Shown here: positions 56,586 through 64,000 of the stretch, in pieces | Layout: every line of letters begins with the position of its first letter | Numbering within the stretch: position 1 is the stretch's first letter | Assembly: GCA_900546395.1 (NCBI GenBank) | Contig: URDD01000001.1 | Coordinates: 9,203-73,202 of the forward strand | Direction of reading: 5' to 3' | Length of the DNA stretch: 64,000 nt | DNA from: an uncultured Bacteroidales bacterium | GTDB taxonomy: Bacteria > Bacteroidota > Bacteroidia > Bacteroidales > UBA932 | Notes under the pieces: model-generated | Databases searched by the model: none | Told to the model about the DNA's origin: nothing | Seen by the model: the letters and a program-made list of their open reading frames with translations, nothing else | Made by a program: the position numbers and the translations under genes

Positions 56586-58201
56586 AGAGGGTTCTGTTCA
56601 ATTGCTCCGTTTGATGAATCTATTACAGACTGCGGAATAGGGAAGATGGAGTGCTTCTCTTTGCAGTTATCTCTGTATGGGTCATAATATTGAGTCCAAT
56701 AGTCATCATTTAAAAGGACATCGTGATAGACTTGCTGAAGATGACCGAAACGTACAAGATCGGCCCAACGGTGTCCTTCGAATGCAAGTTCCCAATGTCT
56801 TTCATCAAGAATCTGGGCGAGAATTGGATCAAGATCTCCATAAGGATTAGGGTAGGAGAGTTCTCCCTGCTTGAGGTCTATAGAAGCATCTGGTTCGAAA
56901 ACAGGCTTTCCGTATCCGCGCCTGCGTACTTGGTTCAAACCTTCCCAGGCATCGGCTGAAATGCTTCCGGTAGCTCGGTACTCAGCTTCAGGGAGCATCA
57001 GAAGTACATCCGCATAACGGATAATTGGGAAGTTTATGGCGTTGTTCCATTCGACCCAGTTGGATCCTCTTATACTACGGTCAAGCGAATGGCGGAATTT
57101 GTAGATGAAGTAACTTCTTTCGTAAGTTACTTCACCGGAAACAGGGTCTTTGTAGATGATAGTTCCTACACCGTCTTTTGAAACTATGTAGCCTTCTTTG
57201 TTTATGCTTGTCTTTCTGATGTCCAGATCATCCCACCTGTCATACATATCAGAGAAAGTCCTTATCTGGGTTGTATAAAGTTTTTCTGTGTTGGGAAGCC
57301 CTTCGTTTGTTCCGACTTGTCCTCCGTAGCGGTTGTTGCTTACTGTATTGTCGAACTCGACATCGAAAATGTATTCGCTATTATGTTCGTGCATTCCGTC
57401 AAACTGGGAAAAATAATCATTGACAAGAGAAAACCTGCCACTGTTTATGACAGTCCTGCAGGCCTCGGCAGCCTTTGATGCCGCCTTGTTGTCGTTGAGT
57501 GGCTCTCCTGACATTTGTAGCCAGGCCCTGGCTTTGAGTGCCGTAGCTGCAAGTCTGTAAGCATGGCCGATAGTGTTGGTCTCTGGGAGAAGTTTTTCCG
57601 CAGTCGAGTAGTCTTTGATAACCTGTTCATAAACTTGGGACAGTGTAGCTTTGTGGGTTTCCAATTTAGATAAATCTGTTGTTTCATTCAGTACAAGAGG
57701 TACCTCACCATAGTAACGTGCAAGCTGGAAGTAGAACCAGGCGCGTAGAAAGTGTGCCTCACCGAGAATTCGGGAGCGGTCTGAATCGGAAACATCGCTG
57801 CCAGTGTACGAATTAAGCCGGTCAATGACAATGTTGGCTCTTTGAATTCCAAGATATTGCATATACCATACTTTTTCTACAAAAAGGTTTTCCGGTGTAT
57901 AGGTGTAGTTCCCGAGCATATCTTCTCCGTTATTTGAGCCTCCTGCAATCCAGGCTTCGTCAGTCCCGATACGTCCCCAATAAAGAAAACCGAGAAAATA
58001 GTTGCCGTAACGATGTTGAGTCGGCCATTCTGTTGATCCGAAAGTGTAATAAACCCCTGTAAGTGCCATATCGAAGTCTGATGCACTTTGGAAGAAATTG
58101 TTGGTTGTTATATTGCTCTCTACCTTTGTCTCAAGAAAGTCACAGGATGAGACTGCCGTAAGGAGTGCTATTCCACATATTATGGATAAGTATCTGTTCA
58201 T
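56576..58201 (-). CDS. susD: SusD/RagB-family nutrient-binding outer-membrane lipoprotein
   Basis: Lipoprotein signal ...AVSSC, TPR-like helical N-region, 541 aa. Directly downstream of SusC. Confidence 0.8.
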   Translation of the reverse strand: MNRYLSIICGIALLTAVSSCDFLETKVESNITTNNFFQSASDFDMALTGVYYTFGSTEWPTQHRYGNYFLGFLYWGRIGTDEAWIAGGSNNGEDMLGNYTYTPENLFVEKVWYMQYLGIQRANIVIDRLNSYTGSDVSDSDRSRILGEAHFLRAWFYFQLARYYGEVPLVLNETTDLSKLETHKATLSQVYEQVIKDYSTAEKLLPETNTIGHAYRLAATALKARAWLQMSGEPLNDNKAASKAAEACRTVINSGRFSLVNDYFSQFDGMHEHNSEYIFDVEFDNTVSNNRYGGQVGTNEGLPNTEKLYTTQIRTFSDMYDRWDDLDIRKTSINKEGYIVSKDGVGTIIYKDPVSGEVTYERSYFIYKFRHSLDRSIRGSNWVEWNNAINFPIIRYADVLLMLPEAEYRATGSISADAWEGLNQVRRRGYGKPVFEPDASIDLKQGELSYPNPYGDLDPILAQILDERHWELAFEGHRWADLVRFGHLQQVYHDVLLNDDYWTQYYDPYRDNCKEKHSIFPIPQSVIDSSNGAIEQNPLWK

Positions 58202-58225
58202 TTGAATTTTCTCCTTTTTGAATGT

Positions 58226-61200
58226 CTATTTGAATGAGATGTTCACTCCGAATGTAAAAGTTCTTGCGTGAGGGAAGTTGCCGTAGTCGAATCCTTGGGA
58301 AAGAATCGCAGAAGCGGAGTTCTGGCTTATTCCGACTTCCGGGTCATATCCGGAGTATTTTGTAAATGTGTAAATGTTGTCTGCCGAGACATAGAATTTG
58401 CACATATCTACATGTTTCGAGCGCCTGAGCAGTTTAGGGGGAAGCGAGTATGTCAGACGCGCAGTTGAAAACCTGAGAAAAGAGGCATCTTCAACATGAG
58501 CGGAAGATACTAGTTTCGTAGGAATCTGAGAATAGTAAAGTGGGTCATCAGTCTGATTGTCCAGACTCCATCTTTGCATCCAACGTCCTATCTGGTTCGA
58601 TCCGTCTCCTGTATAAGAGGCAGTCATTACGTAGTTTGCGTTATACATATCATTGCCGATCGAATATTGGAATCCGAGATATAGGTTGAAAGCTTTCCAG
58701 TTGAAAGTGCTTGAGAAAGCACCATATATGACAGGGAGAAAATTTCCTATAACTTCACGGTCTTTATCATCAATTTTTTTACTGCCATCTATATCTGCAA
58801 GTTTTATGGAACCTGGCTGTTCCCCTACTCCCTGGCTTGGTATGCCTGGTCTAAGGGTGTATATAGTGTTGCCCGTAGTCCCGATAGAAGCATCGAATTC
58901 ATCAATTTGGTAAATGCCGGCAGCTCTGTAGCCATAGAGTTCGCCTATGCTTCCTCCCTCGCGGAGAATAACAGCGCTTTGGTCATTAAGACAGCTGATG
59001 CCCAGATAGATAGGAGCTCCGCTTTGACCCAGTTTGAGAATTTTAGATTTGTTGTGTGTCATATTTACATCAAAACTCCATTGGAAATTCCTTTTGTCAA
59101 CAAGCAAGGTATTCAAAGATAATTCTATGCCTGAATTGCGGATACTGCCGATATTCTACCATGCTTTGGTATAGCCGGAAATATTGAGTACCGGAGCCTC
59201 AAGAAGAAGGTCTCGGGTAGTTTTGTTGTAGAGGTCGATGTCAATATGCAGTCTTTCATTCCACATTCCGAATTCTATTCCAAAGTTATATTCCAGAGTC
59301 TTTTCCCAGGAAAGGTTCTCATTGGCGAGAGTTACTGGTGATTGACCTATACTGACGTCAGTCCCGAATGCAGTATTTGTGTTGTACAGTTGGGAAAAAG
59401 AGCCGGCTGTAGGTACATTGGAGTTTCCTACTTCTCCGATTGAAGCCCTGAATTTAAGAGTGCTGATTGTACGGCTGTTTTCAAGGAAGGATTCCTGTTT
59501 GGCATTCCAGGCAAAAGCGCCTGAGTAGAATGATCCCCATTTATTTTTTACAAAAGCCGATGTCCCGTCCCGTCGGAAGGTAAATGTTGCAATATAGCGG
59601 TCATCATATGCATAATTTGTCCTGAAAATAAATGACATCATAGAGGCTTTGCCTGTAGATGAATATGAAGTGAAATTCTTAGCCATCTGGAGGTTGTTGT
59701 AGCCTAAGGTTTCATTGTCAAAGGCAGACGCCTCAGTGGAAGTGTAATAACTTCTGGAGCCCTGTTCCGTCAAACCACCCATAATGTTCAGACGATGTTT
59801 TTCAGCAAATGTAGGTGACCAGGTTAGAGTATTCTCGTTTATCCATCCGAAACTTGAGATGTTGGCCATACAAGCCTGGCCTTGGTATAATTGTCCTCTT
59901 GGAGTGCTTTTTGGATAATATTGCTTTTCCTCAAGAGAATAATTGTCAAATCCTCCTGTAATTTTGAGAACGAGATCAGGGATGATGGTGTACTGAATAT
60001 AGGAATTTGCAATGGTACGGCTGAGAATCTTCTTCATCTTGATATCGTTAGCCATTGTTACAGGATTTTGTTTGTTGGAGTTGATATGAGACTCGATTAC
60101 AGTTTCCGGCACACCGGCTCTACGGAAATATGTCTGTGTGTCTGTGTCTGTAAGGTCAAATGGTTGGGAAATGAGTGCATCCATTATAGTTCCTATTGCT
60201 GTCCCGTTTCCTCCGGATGTCGGTACTCCGTCATCGACAATGCGACTGTAATTCAGATCAACTCCGATTTTCAGATTGTCTGTGAAATTATGGTCAATAT
60301 TCACTTTTCCGGTGAGCTTGTTCCAATTGGTACAGATGATGATGGATTTGTTCTGCATATAAGATGCACTGACAAGGAAATTTGTTTTGTTATTGGAGTT
60401 CTGTAATGATAGATTATGGCTCTGGATAAATCCGGTACGGTAGATTTCATCCTGCCAGTCTTTTGCTTTTATCTTACTAAAGTCAAAATTCCGAAGATTT
60501 CCGTCAGTATCAGAGAAGAGAAGGTATGATGGGGTTTTTTCATTCATCATAGTGGCATATCCCTTAAAGTCAAGCATCTCAAGTTTTCTTGGAAGTTGTT
60601 GGAAACTGGCGTAGCCGCTGTACTGAATACGGCCTGAGGCTCCTCGTCCCTTCTTGGTTGTAATCATTATTACTCCGTTGGCGCCTCTGTTTCCGTATAT
60701 TGCTGTAGAGGAAGCATCTTTGAGGACTTCAATTGAAGCAATGTCCTCCGTGTTGATCATCGCCAGTGAACTCATTTGCGAATCCATTCCTGCCATACCC
60801 ATTCCAGAGGATGTGGAAACATCTCCTAGAGGAAAGCCGTCTACAACTATAAGAGGGGAAGTCGAGCCAGAAAGAGAGGCTGCTCCGCGGATGAGCATTT
60901 TGGAAGCAGCACCTGGCTGGCCGCTGGTAGCTGAGACCATAAGACCTGCAACGCCTCCCTTTAGGGCATCATCTACAGAAAACATAACTTTATTCTCAAG
61001 TCTTTCCGGATTTATAGATGCCACACTTCCTGTCAAGTCCTGTCTTCTGGCAGTTCCATATCCGATTACGACTGAATTTTCGAGAATCTCGGAATCCGGG
61101 TCTAGTATGAAATCCAGAACCGTCTTTCCGTTAATTGGAATTTGCTTGTCTTGATATCCGATAAAAGATGCAGTCAGGATTGACTCTCGTGATTTGACTT

Positions 61201-61384
61201 GGATTGTGTATTTTCCGTCATCATCAGTTGTCGCTCCATTGGTCGTCCCTTTCTCATATATATTTGTCCAAGGAATCGGATTTCCTTGACTGTCTGTTAC
61301 CTTTCCGGTAATTGTTATTTGCTGAGCAAAAGTAAGGGTTCCCACTGATGCCCATAGCATCAGTGAGACAATAAAGTTTTTCAT
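58226..61384 (-). pseudogene. susC: SusC/RagA-family TonB-dependent transporter interrupted by one in-frame TAG at 59156-59158. The upstream part (742 codons) and downstream part (296 codons) are in the same frame.
   Basis: N-terminus shows a signal peptide, a CarboxypepD_reg region (ITITGKVTDSQGNPIPWTNI) and a TonB box/plug (VVIGYGTARRQDLTGSV). Translation across the stop reads ...GYTKAW*NIGSIRNSGIELSLNTLLVDKRNF... and continues to a typical C-terminal barrel ending ...GVNISFK. Confidence 0.6.
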
Positions 61385-61399
61385 AAGTGTTTTTATTAG

Positions 61400-62749
61400 T
61401 TAGTCTTCAATTTCGTCTATCCTGAAATTGTCCAGATAAAAAGTCGCGTCATAACCATTGCACCTTACAGAAATAAAGCAATTCCTGAATACGTGTCCGT
61501 TCTCATATCCTTCGACATTGAGTGTAAATTCATCAGACAGAGTCTGCCACTCACTTTTAATGAGATTTGTGAAATGGAGATCGCTGAAGTCCTCCTTCGT
61601 TGCTTCAAGTTTTGTATATCGGAACTCATGCAAGGTCTTGTCTCCACTTGTCTGTGATACATAGTCCTCAGGATAATAGTCTTTCCAGCTTTCAGCAGTA
61701 TAAAGATCTCTTAACGGATCATACAGGCCTTCTGGCGGTGTGCAGCAATAAATCCAGGCTATTTCCATAACGGCTCCAAGTTCTCCCTTGTTCATTTCCC
61801 CGATGGACGGAATCTCTTTCAGAATCTCGACATTTTCTATGGTAGGGGCAGATGCTTTTATGTCAAATGACATTTTATATTTTTTACCAACTTCCATAGA
61901 AGCATTGTTGCTCCAGTTGTTTCGTGGAAAAAGATCAATGAATCCATGTAAAGACTCTTGTCCGGCGATTGGCATATATGTATATGCGGAAGCATCTATC
62001 CTAATGCTTTTGGAGGAATTGCAGCCTCCGTCGACAATTACGGCTTTTGATGGCTGATCCCCGTCTTTGGCATAGCAGATATATGCATTTCGAGCGTCGT
62101 TACCCTCAAAACCAAATACGTCAAACCCGAAATCAGTGTCTTTTTTCAGAAGTGGATAATTGCCGGCAATTATAGACGTTTCTACAATTTTTTTTGCACC
62201 GTCGCTTGCGCGTGTGATCTCACAGGTGATCTTGACGTCATCGATTTGGCTGTTCCACGTAACTTTTGGAGAAACCTCTGTTGAAGTGGCTGGTGTACCA
62301 CCTTGGAATGTCCAGCTATATGATGTTGGATTCCCGATGACATTCTCAAGAGAAAAAGTAATTTCCGAGCCATTCTTAGCGCAACCTTTCGGTGTAAGAC
62401 CTGTAGTTTTTATGTCAGCTGACAGATTCTCGAGAACATTTACCTTTATGTCAGCCTGTTCCTGTGATCCGTCTTTGAATTTGACAACAAGTTTAACGCT
62501 CTTTTCTCCGCTCCCTGTGAAAACGACATCAACAATGGCGGACGTAGAGGTTGAAGGTTCGCCGTCCTCAAAAGTCCATTCACGGGAAGAAACTCCCAAA
62601 GAAAGATCTTCAAATTTTACACTTTGCCCGGATATAGCCTCATTCGGAGCTTTGTACGTAAATTCCTTTATTGTTTCCTCTGTCTGTTTGTTGCAAGAAA
62701 ACACAAGGAAAAGACAGCCTAAAGCAGCTGCAGTAAAAAATCTTTTCAT
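61400..62749 (-). CDS. Surface lipoprotein with two PKD-like domains (first gene of the PUL structural operon)
   Basis: Lipoprotein signal MKRFFTAAALGCLFLVFSC. Two repeats carry the W-x-F-x-D/G-G motif (SSREWTFEDGEPST; SYSWTFQGGTPATS). Confidence 0.5.
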   Translation of the reverse strand: MKRFFTAAALGCLFLVFSCNKQTEETIKEFTYKAPNEAISGQSVKFEDLSLGVSSREWTFEDGEPSTSTSAIVDVVFTGSGEKSVKLVVKFKDGSQEQADIKVNVLENLSADIKTTGLTPKGCAKNGSEITFSLENVIGNPTSYSWTFQGGTPATSTEVSPKVTWNSQIDDVKITCEITRASDGAKKIVETSIIAGNYPLLKKDTDFGFDVFGFEGNDARNAYICYAKDGDQPSKAVIVDGGCNSSKSIRIDASAYTYMPIAGQESLHGFIDLFPRNNWSNNASMEVGKKYKMSFDIKASAPTIENVEILKEIPSIGEMNKGELGAVMEIAWIYCCTPPEGLYDPLRDLYTAESWKDYYPEDYVSQTSGDKTLHEFRYTKLEATKEDFSDLHFTNLIKSEWQTLSDEFTLNVEGYENGHVFRNCFISVRCNGYDATFYLDNFRIDEIED

Positions 62750-62842
62750 ACAAATGTTATTAGTTTTATTGTGTGTTTTAAAAATTGTGAAACATCCTTT
62801 TTCTGCGTGTTCCCAGCGCAATATTAGCTATAAAAATGTACT

Positions 62843-62863
62843 GAACGATTTCACAAATCGTTC
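62843..62863. promoter_or_regulatory. Perfect 9-bp inverted repeat GAACGATTT-CAC-AAATCGTTC between the HTCS gene and the PUL structural operon
   Basis: Read directly. Lies in the 119-nt gap between the HTCS stop (62869) and the lipoprotein ATG (62749). Confidence 0.3.
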
Positions 62864-62868
62864 ATATT

Positions 62869-64000
62869 TTAGCAATTTTCAAAAAAACTACTTTTGTACT
62901 TTTTCGGATGGATGCCGAACTCAGCAGCAAAAATTTTGGAAAAATAGGATATGTTGTTGAATCCGACAGCGTACATAACTTCAGTTATAGTCAATCCGGA
63001 ATCGGAGCAAAGAAGCTGCGCGGCCCTTTTAAGACGAATGCTGCGAAGGAATTGAATGGCAGACATTCCGGTTATTGACTTGATTTTTCTGTAGAGCTGA
63101 GGACGTGAATAACCTATACTCTGGCACAAATCATCGACCCCGTAATCAGGATCAGAGATATGTTCTTCTATGTTGTCAATGCAGTTGCGTATGAATTTCT
63201 CATCAACCGGTGTAGCTGTTATAGCTGATGGTTCCAGTTTTATGTCAGTACGGAATGACTGCCTGATACATTTGCGTTGTCGTATAAGATTCTCGATTCT
63301 GGAAATCAAAAGTTCTGCATGGAATGGTTTTGTTATATAATCATCGGCCATCATCTGGTATCCCTCCATTTTATATACAGGAAGATCCCGTGCGGAAATG
63401 AGAATGACGGGAATATGGGATGTCACTTTGTTTTCCTTGATTTTCTGACAAAGTTCAAGACCGTTCATTTTAGGCATTACGATGTCGCTCAGAACGATGT
63501 CGGGCTGTTCGGAAATTGTATCTTCGTAACCCTTGGAACCATCTTCTGCTGTAATTGTATTGTATCGGGTGGAAAGAAGTTGAACCAGATATTCGCGGAG
63601 TTCGGAATTGTCATCAACAATCAGTACCAGATGCTCTCGTTCAGGACCTCCTGTTCCTGTCGAATTGTAAGTTTTGAACTCTGCGACAGGGTCGTAATTT
63701 GAAATATGGTCGCTGTTCTCATAGTTTTTGTCGATATCCGATGAGGAGAACTGGGAGCATCCGTATGGCAGAAAAACAAAGAATGAGGTCAGTCCTCCAG
63801 GTACAGACTCCGCCCAGATTTGCCCTGAGTGAGATAGTACAGCAGACTGGCTGATTGAAAGGCCTATACCCATTCCTCCTCTGCTGTTGTTCTTGCCTTG
63901 ACGGAATCTGTCGAAAATATACGGCAGATCCTCCGGAAGAATTCCTATTCCGATGTTCGATACCTTGAATTCTACTCCATTCCGTCCGTCTTTATCTGTT
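62869..64000 (-). CDS. Hybrid two-component system sensor kinase/response regulator, C-terminal portion only (HATPase end, REC, AraC-type HTH). The gene continues beyond the window.
   Basis: REC domain LVLIVDDNSELREYL...DIVLSDIVMPKMNGLEL and an AraC HTH (GYSRPQLYRKIKSITGMSAIQFLRSIRLKRAAQLL). The frame is open to the window edge. Confidence 0.75.
   Translation of the reverse strand, partial: TDKDGRNGVEFKVSNIGIGILPEDLPYIFDRFRQGKNNSRGGMGIGLSISQSAVLSHSGQIWAESVPGGLTSFFVFLPYGCSQFSSSDIDKNYENSDHISNYDPVAEFKTYNSTGTGGPEREHLVLIVDDNSELREYLVQLLSTRYNTITAEDGSKGYEDTISEQPDIVLSDIVMPKMNGLELCQKIKENKVTSHIPVILISARDLPVYKMEGYQMMADDYITKPFHAELLISRIENLIRQRKCIRQSFRTDIKLEPSAITATPVDEKFIRNCIDNIEEHISDPDYGVDDLCQSIGYSRPQLYRKIKSITGMSAIQFLRSIRLKRAAQLLCSDSGLTITEVMYAVGFNNISYFSKIFAAEFGIHPKKYKSSFFENC

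Noticed and set aside
60133-60153. Short TGTCTGTG-type simple repeat inside susC
   Set aside because: It encodes DTDTQT within the barrel. It is too short and degenerate to be a phase-variation tract.
62869-63873. Track ORF start (MGIGL...) as the true start of the regulator
   Set aside because: The reading frame stays open to position 64000 and the sequence at the start is the histidine-kinase ATPase C-terminus. The gene is truncated by the window, not initiated here.
1-64000. CRISPR arrays, rRNA genes, IS elements or transposases
   Set aside because: No direct-repeat/spacer periodicity, no rRNA-like conserved stretches and no transposase-like ORFs were seen. The only tandem-like repeats are the coding low-complexity tracts in batC and rluB.

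Overview
This window looks like a Bacteroidales chromosome (Bacteroides/Prevotella-like), judged from SusC/SusD genes, a Bat aerotolerance operon, type V pilus accessory genes and TAnnTTTG promoter boxes. Gene calls rest on motifs I could read directly in the ORF-track translations; no database search was run.

Gene content, left to right:
- **1-5874, minus strand:** a PAPS-dependent sulfotransferase sits in one operon with cysN, cysD, cysC and an SLC13 anion permease, followed by a translationally coupled secreted protein cut by the window edge. This resembles the steroid/cholesterol sulfotransferase locus reported in B. thetaiotaomicron and is the most notable system here.
- **6156-13704, plus strand:** ftsY, pheT, then a coupled lipoprotein–amidohydrolase–radical SAM–dtd–deoC block.
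- **13790-19900:** an island-like module between a terminator and tRNA-Leu(CAG): an HExxH lipoprotein plus DUF3575, DUF3868-like, fimbrillin and anchor genes (type V pilus-like).
- **19984-32761:** a hydroxyacid dehydrogenase (+), then a long minus-strand housekeeping run: hpf, a xerC-like recombinase, cca, a small PD-(D/E)xK protein, aroK, parC, era, an rluB-like gene with a long RG/SY-rich N-terminal extension, tonB-exbD-exbB and truA.
- **32836-41224, plus strand:** a complete Bat operon (moxR, DUF58, TM protein, batA, batB, batC) ending in a BatD-BatE fusion.
- **41411-49047:** a bidirectional terminator, tRNA-Arg(TCT), then assorted membrane and kinase genes and a TonB-dependent receptor.
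- **49068-64000, minus strand:** an 8-gene polysaccharide utilization locus (HTCS regulator, PKD lipoprotein, SusC, SusD, two BNR beta-propellers, a beta-helix protein and an esterase-glycoside-hydrolase fusion). Its SusC reading frame is broken by a single in-frame TAG at 59156-59158.

No CRISPR array, rRNA or obvious mobile element was seen.
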